A stretch of DNA of 64,000 nt from Gemmatimonadales bacterium (GTDB lineage Bacteria > Gemmatimonadota > Gemmatimonadetes > Gemmatimonadales > GWC2-71-9): positions 96,235-160,234 of the forward strand of contig JAWKQM010000002.1 of assembly GCA_041390145.1 (NCBI GenBank), in the 5' to 3' direction. Every line of letters begins with the position of its first letter. Positions within the stretch are counted from its first letter, which is position 1. The notes beneath the pieces were generated by a model. That model made no database searches, was not told the DNA's origin, and saw only the letters and a program-made list of their open reading frames with translations. The position numbers were made by a program, and so were the translations under genes. Shown here in pieces: positions 51,012-59,802 of this stretch.

Positions 51012-51131
51012 GTTCGAATTGACCTGATCGTGACGCGGTCGTCGCTTCGCCGCGACCATCCGCTGTTTTCCTTGAGGCGCGCGGGACGGCCCGCGGAAGT
51101 CTCCCCGACACGCAACGAACGAGAGGAACCG

Positions 51132-52838
51132 ATGATGGATCGACTGAAGGCGCTCTGGGTGGTACCCGCGATCGCACTGGCGCTCGCCGCCTGCTCGGAC
51201 AGCAACAACGACAACGGCGGGACCGGCCCGACGCCCGTGGCGGCCCCGACCAACCTGGCGGTGACCCAACTCTCGCTGACCTCCCTGCAGGTCAGCTGGA
51301 CGGCAGCTTCCGGGGCCACCTCCTACCTGCTGCAACGCGCGTCTGCCTCGAACCCGGGTGTCTTCACCCAGATCGGCGGAGGCGTCCTGGCCGCCACCAG
51401 CTTCAGCGATACCGGGCTCACCCCGACGGTCGCCTACAGCTATCGCGTCGCGTCCGTCACGGCCTCCGACACCAGCGGTTTCACCTCCGCGGTCACCGCG
51501 GCCACGGGTGTGTCGGCGGCCACGATCTCCGGGAACATCACCACCAACCGCACGCTCTACGCCGACACGCTGTATACGCTCAGCGGGTACGTGAAGGTGC
51601 AGAGCGGGGCCACGCTCACCATCGAGCCCGGCACCAAGATCGTAGGCGACACCGGCGTGCTCGGAAGTTCACTCTGGATCCTCCGCGGCGCCAAGATCGA
51701 CGCGCAGGGGACCGTGACGCAGCCGATCGTCTTCACCTCCGCCCGCGCCCCCGGCAACCGGAAGCCCGGCGACTGGGGCGGCCTCATCATCATCGGCAAC
51801 GGCATCATCAACCGGACCGGCTCCCCGATCCTGACCGAAGGTGGTTCCGCTGGCGTAGCCGAGGACTACTCGGGCGGCACGGACAACAACGACAACAGCG
51901 GCATCCTCAAGTACGTTCGCATCGAGTTCGCCGGGTACGACATCTCCAACGGCGCCGGCCAGGAGCTGAACACCCTGTCCAGCTACGCCGTCGGACGCGG
52001 CACCACCTACGAGTACCTCCAGTCGATGTCCGGCCTGGATGACTCCTTTGAGTTTTGGGGCGGCGCGGTGGACGGCCGATACCTCGTGTCATACGAGTCC
52101 GGCGACGACCACTTCGACTGGACCGAGGGGTACCAGGGCCGCATGCAGTTCATGCTCGCCCTCCAGACCCAGCGCCTCAACCCCGCCCCCGGCGCCGGCA
52201 CCTTCTCCGGTGACCCGCGCGGCTTCGAGGGCGACGGCTGCGACCCGGGTGTAAGCGGCTGCACCGTCACCGCGACCGGCACCAGCACCCCGTACTCCAA
52301 CCCGGTGTTCGCCAACTTCACCATGGTTGGCCCCGGCCAGCTCGCCGGCATCCCGAACGACGGCAACGGCGGCGTCTGGCGCCGAGGGACCGGCGGCTAC
52401 GTGGCAAACGGCGTCCTCTCCCGCTGGAAGGGCTATGGCATCAGCATCCGCGATGCCTGGACCGACACGCTGTTTACGCAGCTCGACTCACTCTCGTTCT
52501 ACTCGATCATCATGGCCCAGAACGGCCCTGGCGGGAACTTCGACACCACCGGCACGGCCTACGCCGCGCCGAGCAACTGGCCCATTGCCCAGTACAACAG
52601 CCTGAAGCTGTATTCCAGCTCCGTGTCGGTGGATACCCTCCTCGGCATCAGCACCAACCCGGCTGGACTCAACTGGGCGCCGAAGGCCGGTTCGCCGGCC
52701 GCATCCGGGGCGACGGCTGTCCCGGCCGCGAAGGTGAGCGGGTACTTTGGCGGCACCTGGCAGAACACCAGCTATCTCGGTGCCTGCGACGTTGTCTGCA
52801 CCTGGTACCAGGGCTGGACCGTCTACCAGATCAATTGA
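51132..52838 (+). CDS. Surface lipoprotein with Fn3-like domain and beta-helix-like C-terminal region; TonB-receptor partner by position
   Basis: ATG 51132 is preceded by GAGAGG. Lipobox ALALAACS. The Fn3-like segment is APTNLAVTQLSLTSLQVSWTAASGATSYLLQRA...YSYRVASV. It is followed by GATLTIEPGTKIVGD...GDWGGLIIIGNG...YVRIEFAG. Confidence 0.6.
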   Translation: MMDRLKALWVVPAIALALAACSDSNNDNGGTGPTPVAAPTNLAVTQLSLTSLQVSWTAASGATSYLLQRASASNPGVFTQIGGGVLAATSFSDTGLTPTVAYSYRVASVTASDTSGFTSAVTAATGVSAATISGNITTNRTLYADTLYTLSGYVKVQSGATLTIEPGTKIVGDTGVLGSSLWILRGAKIDAQGTVTQPIVFTSARAPGNRKPGDWGGLIIIGNGIINRTGSPILTEGGSAGVAEDYSGGTDNNDNSGILKYVRIEFAGYDISNGAGQELNTLSSYAVGRGTTYEYLQSMSGLDDSFEFWGGAVDGRYLVSYESGDDHFDWTEGYQGRMQFMLALQTQRLNPAPGAGTFSGDPRGFEGDGCDPGVSGCTVTATGTSTPYSNPVFANFTMVGPGQLAGIPNDGNGGVWRRGTGGYVANGVLSRWKGYGISIRDAWTDTLFTQLDSLSFYSIIMAQNGPGGNFDTTGTAYAAPSNWPIAQYNSLKLYSSSVSVDTLLGISTNPAGLNWAPKAGSPAASGATAVPAAKVSGYFGGTWQNTSYLGACDVVCTWYQGWTVYQIN

Positions 52839-52911
52839 CCACGTTTTCTGTGACACCGTGGGGTCGGCTCGCCATCGTGGCGGGTCGGCCCCCGGTCTTT
52901 GGAGAGACCTG

Positions 52912-53508
52912 ATGCGATTGTACTTCGTGGTGGCCGCCCTGGCCCTCGGTGCCGCCTGCGGACCGGAAGGTGGGCACTCCCCGCCGGCAAGTTCCAACGC
53001 GGCCACGGTCGTCGATTCCGCGATCCCAAGGGACGAGGCCCTGCGGAGGTTCCGGGTCGGCCTGGACACCGTCACGACGCTGACGGGAGGCGCTTCGAGC
53101 CGGGACGCGCTGGTGCGCGAATACGTGGAAGCGCTGGCGGCTGCAGACACCGCGGCGATCATCCGCCTGACCATGACGCGGGCGGAATTCGCCTGGCTCT
53201 ACTATCCCGAAAGTGCGCAGGGGCTCCCGCCCTATGACCTCAGCCCGTCGCTGATGTGGTTCATGATGGACGAGCAGTCGCGCAAGGGACTGACACGCGC
53301 GCTTGCGGAGCTCGGTGGGCAACCGTACCCCTACGCTGGGTATGTCTGCGAGGGAGCGGAGGTGGTGGAGGGACCGAATACCCTCTGGGGGCCGTGCCTG
53401 ATCCGGCGGGTGGTGGCACCCGGGGATACCGTCAACGAGCGGCTCTTTGGGCAGATCCTCGGTCGAGACGGCATGTACAAGATCACGACCCATGCCAACA
53501 AGTTCTGA
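52912..53508 (+). CDS. Hypothetical lipoprotein
   Basis: ATG 52912 is preceded by GGAGAG. Lipobox ALALGAAC. 198 aa. Confidence 0.55.
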   Translation: MRLYFVVAALALGAACGPEGGHSPPASSNAATVVDSAIPRDEALRRFRVGLDTVTTLTGGASSRDALVREYVEALAAADTAAIIRLTMTRAEFAWLYYPESAQGLPPYDLSPSLMWFMMDEQSRKGLTRALAELGGQPYPYAGYVCEGAEVVEGPNTLWGPCLIRRVVAPGDTVNERLFGQILGRDGMYKITTHANKF

Positions 53509-53514
53509 CGGCGG

Positions 53515-54948
53515 TCAGTACCCCGCCGCCGACGCCGGAAACCACGGAGTCACTACGACCGAACCCCTCGTCCGGGCAACGGCCTCCGCCTCGGTGGCCG
53601 TCGCCCAGTAGTTGCTGCCGGCCGTCAGCGACGGCGCCACGATGAAGTACCGCTGAGCGCGGAGGAAAACGTTGCCCGTGACCTGCGCGTCCCGCCCGAC
53701 GGAGTCGGCCACGAAGGCCTCATCCACCGCATCGAAGGTGTTCCCGCGCACTCGGGCGTGCGCTGTCCGCTCCAGGACCAGGCCACGCGTCACCTCGGCG
53801 ATGGTGTTCCCGTCGATCACATAGTCGCGGCTCGAGGGACCCGCCGAGTCCCGCGTGAACAACAGGATTCCCGTCTTGCCACCCATGATCAGGTTTGTCA
53901 GCAGCCGATTGGTCCCGCCGTGCTCGATGGCGATCCCGACCGAGCGCGACCCCAGGATAATGTTCCCCTGCACGGTCGTGCCGGTGGAATAGCCGAGCCA
54001 GAAACCGTAGTCCGAGCTGTCGGCACGGTTCTCGAGAAAGACGTTGCCATGGCTGAACGTGGACTCGAACGCGTTGTGGTAGGCGGACGATCCATCGTTC
54101 CGAAGCACCATGTTGCCGTTCGAAGGTCGGACGTACCCCGGCTGTCCGCTGAGGAAGAAACCGTCGCCCGACCAGGTGATGTCGTTGTCCGCCACCAGGT
54201 TGGAGTCGCTCTGTTCCCGGAGCAGGATGCCCGCGGAATCACACCCCCGCCGATAGGCCGGCGACTCGCAGCGCACGTTGTGATGCGCCTTGTTGCGCAC
54301 CACCACGTTTTGCGACGAGGCCCAGAGGTGCACGCCCCACCCGCTGTTCTCCGAGACGTCGTTGTCGGCCACGTAGCTGGCGCGCGCGTCGATCAACCCG
54401 ATGCCGTTCTGGGCATGGCGGGCGGAGTTCCCGACGATCGTCGCGCCGTTGGTGTTCTTCAGGAGAATGCCGCCACCATACGCCTCCGCAGAGTCCGCTC
54501 GGAAGATGTCGAGCCAATCGCGTTCGTCGTACCGGTCCGGCGTGGACCGGAGCGACTGGGCGCGGGACCCCGAGACGTCGACCCGGGCGATGCGATGGCC
54601 GCGTCCCCCTTCGATCCGGATGCCGTGCCGAAATCCCCGAATCGTCCCGCCATAGATCTCGACGTTGTCGAGCCCGCGGCTGACCACGCCGGCCCCGAGA
54701 AACGCCGCCTGCACGCTGTCGCCGCTCTCCAGGGTGACGCCGGTGAGATTCAGCCGGGTGCCGGAGCCGGCGATGATCAGCACGCCGAGCTCCCCGTGGT
54801 CCGCGATGCGGTAGCGGCCAGGACAGACCGTCACGTCTCCCTGCACCTGCGTACCGGCGCGCGCCAGGCGCAGGCAGGGCTCGCGTGTTGGGGGCTGGAT
54901 CAGGAGGACGAGCGCGGACGCACAGAGCAGGACGGGGCGGTTCAGCAT
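53515..54948 (-). CDS. Secreted right-handed parallel beta-helix repeat protein (NosD/pectate-lyase-fold-like)
   Basis: Signal-like N-terminus MLNRPVLLCASALVLLI. It has repetitive approx. 22-aa units with N..V..N / G+.+ patterns (NGATIVGNSARHAQNGIGL, SYVADNDVSENSGWGVHL, NVVVRNKAHHN, NLVADNDITWSGDGFFL, GNVFLENRADSSDYGFWL). Confidence 0.7.
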   Translation of the reverse strand: MLNRPVLLCASALVLLIQPPTREPCLRLARAGTQVQGDVTVCPGRYRIADHGELGVLIIAGSGTRLNLTGVTLESGDSVQAAFLGAGVVSRGLDNVEIYGGTIRGFRHGIRIEGGRGHRIARVDVSGSRAQSLRSTPDRYDERDWLDIFRADSAEAYGGGILLKNTNGATIVGNSARHAQNGIGLIDARASYVADNDVSENSGWGVHLWASSQNVVVRNKAHHNVRCESPAYRRGCDSAGILLREQSDSNLVADNDITWSGDGFFLSGQPGYVRPSNGNMVLRNDGSSAYHNAFESTFSHGNVFLENRADSSDYGFWLGYSTGTTVQGNIILGSRSVGIAIEHGGTNRLLTNLIMGGKTGILLFTRDSAGPSSRDYVIDGNTIAEVTRGLVLERTAHARVRGNTFDAVDEAFVADSVGRDAQVTGNVFLRAQRYFIVAPSLTAGSNYWATATEAEAVARTRGSVVVTPWFPASAAGY

Positions 54949-55409
54949 AGGCGGAGTAGATCCTCCAGGGGGCCGGCGCCACCATGCGCGAACAGGACAA
55001 GGATGTCATCGAGGGCACGGCGAGAGCGCGGCCACGAGAGACGGCTGCGGGCGAGGTCGACCGAGAGCCATTCCGCGGCGTCGTGCTCGTCGGAGATCGA
55101 GACCTCGGCGTCGGCGGGCACGAAGGCCACGAACGAGGGGATGAGGGCCACCGCATCGGTGCGGTGCAGGTAGAAGGATTCGACCCGGCTCAGGTTGTAC
55201 ATCGCGGACGGTGTGAGCCCGGTCTCTTCCTTCAGCTCGCGGCGCGCACCTTCCACCGGGGGCTCCCCATCCTCGAGATGGCCGTGGACGACTTCCCAGG
55301 CTCCCGGTGAGCGCCCGCGCTCGCTGCGCCGGAGCACCAGAAACTCGAAGCCCGCCCCGACAGGGCGGGCCACGTAGAGATCGATCATCGACACGCACAC
55401 GTCGGTCAT
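54942..55409 (-). CDS. Nudix hydrolase
   Basis: Nudix box GHLEDGEPPVEGARRELKEETGL. 155 aa. It overlaps the beta-helix gene start by 7 nt. Confidence 0.85.
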   Translation of the reverse strand: MTDVCVSMIDLYVARPVGAGFEFLVLRRSERGRSPGAWEVVHGHLEDGEPPVEGARRELKEETGLTPSAMYNLSRVESFYLHRTDAVALIPSFVAFVPADAEVSISDEHDAAEWLSVDLARSRLSWPRSRRALDDILVLFAHGGAGPLEDLLRLC

Positions 55410-55433
55410 CGTGGGGAACTTTCCGGCGTCAGG

Positions 55434-57686
55434 CTACCCGGCCCGCCGCCGACTGAGGACGGCGTCGAGCCTGGCCGAGAGCGCCCGCGCCCGGAAGGGC
55501 TTGGTGAGAAAATCATCTGCGCCCAGCTCGAACACGCGGACTTCGTTGTCCTCGTCGCCCTTCGCGGTCAGGACGATGACAGGAATGTCCTGCGTCGTGG
55601 GGCGGGAGCGGAGCTTGGCCAGCACTCCATACCCGTCGAGTCCGGGAAGATTGAGGTCGAGGACGATGATGTCGGGCGCCACCCGGTCGACCTGGTCGAG
55701 CGCCTGGACCCCGTCGCGCGCCTCGTGGACGAGGTACCCGTCCCGCTCCAGCAGGTCTTTCATCACCCGGCGCAACTGGTCCTCGTCATCGACCAGGAGC
55801 ACCGAGACGCCGCGGGACTGGTCGCCCACCGGCTCCTCCGCCGCCGGGGGAGCGTCCTCCAGCAGTTCAAATGCGGTGGTCAGGTCCACCGCGGGGGCGG
55901 CGGGGGCTTCCTGGCCCTGCGGAACTGCGGGGAAGACGCCAGTCGGGTAGAGCGAGGGAATGCCGAGCGCCGCCTGGCGGGCCCCGGCCGCGCCGTAGCG
56001 CCCCTCCATCGGGATATCGGTGACCCGCAAGAGCTCGTCGACCGAGCTGTCCCCCTCCAGCACGTGTCGAAGCCCGCTCTCGAAGAGCGACAGCATGCCA
56101 TTTTGACGCCCCGCCGTCGCAATCATGTCGACGGTAGCGCCCTGGCCGATGAGCCGTTCGATGTCGGGACTCATCGTGAGGATCTCAACGATGGAGAACC
56201 GGCCGCGATAGCCGGTCATGGCGCAGTCCGGGCACCCCTTCGGCTGGTACAGCGTCTTGGCGCCGGTGAAGTACTGCATCACCCGCTCGGGCACCGGTTC
56301 CTTCTGCACCACGCGACAGGAGAGGCAGAGGCGGCGCATCAGCCGCTGGGCGATCACGCCACGCAGCGCCGCGCCGATCTTGTAGGCCTGCATGCCCATG
56401 TCGACGAGGCGGGTGACGGAGTTGGGCGCGTCATTCGTGTGCAGCGTGGACAGCACCAAGTGGCCGGTGAGCGACGCCTGCACCGCGATCTGGGCCGTTT
56501 CGCCGTCCCGGATTTCGCCGACCAGCACCACGTCGGGGTCCTGCCGCAGGATCGAGCGCAGGGCGGTGGAGAAGGTGAGCCCCGCCTTCTCGTTGATCTG
56601 CACCTGCACGATATGCTTGCCCAGCCGGAATTCGACGGGATCCTCGATCGTGACGATGTTGACCCCTTCGCTCTGGATCATCCGCAGGGCGGAGTAGAGC
56701 GTGGTGGTCTTGCCCGACCCGGTCGGGCCGGTCACGAGAATGATGCCTTCCTTGTATCCCAGGAGGCGCTCGATCTGCTTCCGTTCCTCGAGGAAGAGCC
56801 CCAGCGTCTCCAGCGACAAGACCGTGGACTTCTGGTTGAGGATTCGGATCACGACCTTCTCGCCATACGTGGCGGGAAGGGTCGAGACGCGGAGATCCAC
56901 CTTGTCGTTGTTGATGGCGATGCGGGCCCGGCCGTCCTGCGGCCGGAGTCGGTCGGCGATGTCGAGGCCGGACATGATCTTGATGCGGGAAATCAGCGGC
57001 ACCCCGGCGGCGCGCGGCACCGTCATGACCTGCCGGAGCACACCGTCGATCCGGTACCGGACCGTGACACCACCCTCGACCGGCTCGACGTGGATGTCGC
57101 TGGCCCGGCTGGTGACGCCATCGGCAAGCATCATGTCGACCAGGCGGATAATCGGCTTCTGGCTCGCCTCGTCGGCGGAAGCACCGATATCCTCCTCGGC
57201 GTCCTCGATCTGCTGCACTTCGGCACCCGTCTCCAGCCCGCCCAGCAGCTTGGAAACGAGGTTCTCGCCCCGGTACAACTCCTCGAGCCGGTCCTTGATG
57301 CGCCCCGGCGAGGAGAGCAGCAGCCGGACTTCCCGCCCCGTCGCGAAGGCGAGCATCTTTTCGGCATCGATGTCGAAGGGATTGGCCGTGGCCGCGTCGA
57401 GGGACGAGTCGGTGATTCGCAGGGGAAGCACGTGGTGCTTCCGCGCGACGCTCTCCGGCACCACGTCGCGGACTTTCATGTCCATCGTCGTCAAGTCGGC
57501 CAGCGGGAACCGGAACCGCGCGGAAATCGCGGCGAGGATCTCGTCGTCGGTCATGATCCGGCGCTGGACGAGCTGCTCCCAGAGCGACGTGGGCGTCGCC
57601 TCGGCGGCCTCGCGGATGGCCGCCATGGCCTCCTCGGGCACCGTGATTTCCAGCGTGGGAACCAGCCACTCGTCCAGAAACGCCAT
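55434..57686 (-). CDS. Type II/IV secretion-family ATPase (PilB/GspE-like) fused to a C-terminal response-regulator receiver domain
   Basis: It has a GspE-N-like domain, Walker A GPTGSGKTTTLY, Walker B DPDVVLVGEIRD, His box GHLVLSTLHTN and the tetracysteine CLSCR...CPDC. A Pro/Ala-rich linker of about 70 aa follows. The receiver reads LLVDDEDQ...IIVLDLNLPGLDG...VIVLTAKG...FLTKPF, with all canonical residues present. Confidence 0.85.
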   Translation of the reverse strand: MAFLDEWLVPTLEITVPEEAMAAIREAAEATPTSLWEQLVQRRIMTDDEILAAISARFRFPLADLTTMDMKVRDVVPESVARKHHVLPLRITDSSLDAATANPFDIDAEKMLAFATGREVRLLLSSPGRIKDRLEELYRGENLVSKLLGGLETGAEVQQIEDAEEDIGASADEASQKPIIRLVDMMLADGVTSRASDIHVEPVEGGVTVRYRIDGVLRQVMTVPRAAGVPLISRIKIMSGLDIADRLRPQDGRARIAINNDKVDLRVSTLPATYGEKVVIRILNQKSTVLSLETLGLFLEERKQIERLLGYKEGIILVTGPTGSGKTTTLYSALRMIQSEGVNIVTIEDPVEFRLGKHIVQVQINEKAGLTFSTALRSILRQDPDVVLVGEIRDGETAQIAVQASLTGHLVLSTLHTNDAPNSVTRLVDMGMQAYKIGAALRGVIAQRLMRRLCLSCRVVQKEPVPERVMQYFTGAKTLYQPKGCPDCAMTGYRGRFSIVEILTMSPDIERLIGQGATVDMIATAGRQNGMLSLFESGLRHVLEGDSSVDELLRVTDIPMEGRYGAAGARQAALGIPSLYPTGVFPAVPQGQEAPAAPAVDLTTAFELLEDAPPAAEEPVGDQSRGVSVLLVDDEDQLRRVMKDLLERDGYLVHEARDGVQALDQVDRVAPDIIVLDLNLPGLDGYGVLAKLRSRPTTQDIPVIVLTAKGDEDNEVRVFELGADDFLTKPFRARALSARLDAVLSRRRAG

Positions 57687-57756
57687 TCAGCGGATTACCT
57701 CAACGAATTGGAACCCGAAATAAAGGCCGCCCGGGGGGCATTGGGTAGTGCCGCGG

Positions 57757-59799
57757 CTACAGGATGTTCCACCACTCCCGGGTAATGTCCAGCGTCACCT
57801 CGAACAATCCGTCCCGGAGCCCATACCCGCCCTCGAGACGCACGAGCCCCATGAACCACTCCGTAGCCAGCCCGGCGGTGCTGCGGAGGCCGTCGCTCGC
57901 CGCCCAGGGCGTGCCAGCGACCGCCCGTTCGCTCCATCCGGCCCCGATGAAGGGGGCGAGGATGAAGGTCCGGCCGGTGCTCGCAAACGATCCGAGCGGA
58001 ATGGCGGGGGCCGGCACATGGAACCGCCACTCGGCGTGCGCCAGCGCCAGGCTCCTCCCCCCGAAGGCCCGGAAGGGGTACCCGACCAGGCTGCCGCGCC
58101 CGCCCATGACGAAGCTCCGATACGCCGGCATGCCGTCGCCCCCAACCCCGCCGTACCCGAGCACACGGAGGACGCCCGTTCCCAGGGGCGCCTGCCAGCG
58201 GACCGCCGCCGCCGCCCGAAGGTACCCGGTCGGCCCTGTTCCCCCCTCGAACGACAACTCGCCGCTGAGGTCGTGAGGGGCCTCCATCCCCGCGGCTGCC
58301 CGGGTCAGGCGCAGGGTCGCCTGGGAGTAGCGGCCCGCTCCGAGCGGCGGGTTGGGGCGATAGGTCCCACGGGCGGGAGTCGCCGCCACCCCCATGTCGT
58401 GGCTCTCCTCCGCCCCGACCGACAGCGCCAGCGTGGTTCGATCGGCCACCGGCCGCAGGAGGCCGAGGCGGAGCCAGTCCACCAGGGCATAGTCGCCGTA
58501 GTCCTGCCCCGCCTCCTGGGAGGTGAGGGAGTTGACCACAGGGGCCGTGATCAGGAAGTCGCTCACGTCCTGCACGCGGCGCCCCGCGCCCAGGCTCAGC
58601 GTGTTCGTGCCCAGGCCGAGATCCACAACCAGCCGACCGAAGAGCCTGCCATCGCTGGTGCCATAGGCGGCATAGGGACGGAGGGCCACCCGGCGCTCCG
58701 CCGCCTGGAGCGTCAACCCAAATCCGAGGGTCAGTCCCTGCACCCGGTTGACATGGGCCAGTTCGCTGATCGAATTGGACGCGATTCGCGTCCCATGCAA
58801 TCCGCTGAGCGACCGGTCGCCCGCAAGGTCCTCCACCTGGCGCCGCAGCGCCAGCATGTCCTGGCGCGTCACCGGTTCGGCCACCCCGGCCAGCGCGTCA
58901 TCCAGCGACTCGCTCCACTCGGTCGCGTCCGGCTTGGGCTCCCGGAGCCCGCCGATCGCCGGTGCGGCGTAGAGGGCGCGCGGGAATTCCGCGTTCAGCT
59001 CGTAGTTGCCCACCTCCCACCGGCCCTGGATGATCCCGCGGGCGGGAAAATCGAGCCAGGTGGTGCGGCGCCGAATCTCGATCCTCTGGCGCTCGGGCAG
59101 CCAGTAGCGACCCTCGTAGAGGGCGTTCTCGAGGACGATGCTGATGTCCTCGAGCTGCGGATCGAGGTAGGAGACGGGCGTGAAGCTAAAACGGAACTGC
59201 ACCACCTCCGCCGTCTCGACGTCGAGGTACAGGGTCCCGATCACCAGCGGCTGGGTGAACGACTTGGGGCGCACGGCGACCTCGTACACCTGGACCGTGC
59301 GAGTGTTCGCGGAAAGTGCCAGCGAGTCCTGCAGGGCAAAGTCGTATGCCGCCAGCCCCTGGGGTGAGAGCGGATGATAGACGTCCCGGACCTCGTCCCC
59401 TTCGCCGATGCGAATCCGGTTACCGTAGTTGTTGGTGACGACGCCCAGATGATCCCGATGGTAGTTGATGTCGGTGGGAAGCCAGGTGCCGTCGCGCCAG
59501 CCGAGAATCGTCTGCTTGCTGATCCCCGGTACTCGCCAATACACTTCCAGCTTGAGTTCGTCCGCCTTGACGAGCCTGGGAGGCTCGGTGAGGCCGGAAC
59601 CGACCTGGGCCAGGAAGAGGACGAAGCCGTGCGCCTCGGACCGGTACGACTGCAGGGTGGTGTCAGCCTCGACCTGCTGCCGGCGCGCCACGCCGCGACC
59701 GACGAGGGCCAGGACCTCCGGCGTATTCCACTGCTGCGCCGCGAGTGGCGGAGCGAAGCTGAGCACGACGACGGAGAGAACCCAGAGGCGGAGGCGCAT
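57757..59799 (-). CDS. Uncharacterised outer-membrane barrel protein, paralogue B (Omp85-like C-terminal barrel)
   Basis: ATG 59799 gives the signal peptide MRLRLWVLSVVVLSFAPPLAAQQ. It has the barrel motif YRSFVMGGRGSLVGYPFRAFGG. It is collinear with the 31698-33854 product. The track ORF extends to 61956, but that part is antisense to two plus-strand genes. Confidence 0.65.
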   Translation of the reverse strand: MRLRLWVLSVVVLSFAPPLAAQQWNTPEVLALVGRGVARRQQVEADTTLQSYRSEAHGFVLFLAQVGSGLTEPPRLVKADELKLEVYWRVPGISKQTILGWRDGTWLPTDINYHRDHLGVVTNNYGNRIRIGEGDEVRDVYHPLSPQGLAAYDFALQDSLALSANTRTVQVYEVAVRPKSFTQPLVIGTLYLDVETAEVVQFRFSFTPVSYLDPQLEDISIVLENALYEGRYWLPERQRIEIRRRTTWLDFPARGIIQGRWEVGNYELNAEFPRALYAAPAIGGLREPKPDATEWSESLDDALAGVAEPVTRQDMLALRRQVEDLAGDRSLSGLHGTRIASNSISELAHVNRVQGLTLGFGLTLQAAERRVALRPYAAYGTSDGRLFGRLVVDLGLGTNTLSLGAGRRVQDVSDFLITAPVVNSLTSQEAGQDYGDYALVDWLRLGLLRPVADRTTLALSVGAEESHDMGVAATPARGTYRPNPPLGAGRYSQATLRLTRAAAGMEAPHDLSGELSFEGGTGPTGYLRAAAAVRWQAPLGTGVLRVLGYGGVGGDGMPAYRSFVMGGRGSLVGYPFRAFGGRSLALAHAEWRFHVPAPAIPLGSFASTGRTFILAPFIGAGWSERAVAGTPWAASDGLRSTAGLATEWFMGLVRLEGGYGLRDGLFEVTLDITREWWNIL

Positions 59800-59802
59800 C
59801 GA

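Noticed and set aside
53515-54948. Two alternative readings of the beta-helix protein. One reads it as a two-partner-secretion TpsA passenger, with the Omp85-like barrel as TpsB. The other reads it as NosD of a nitrous-oxide reductase cluster, with ApbE at 44 kb as NosX.
   Set aside because: I saw no TPS-domain NPNL/NPNG motif at the N-terminus, and the barrel shows no recognisable POTRA repeats. No nosZ, nosF, nosY or nosL genes are in the window, and apbE is 9 kb away on its own.
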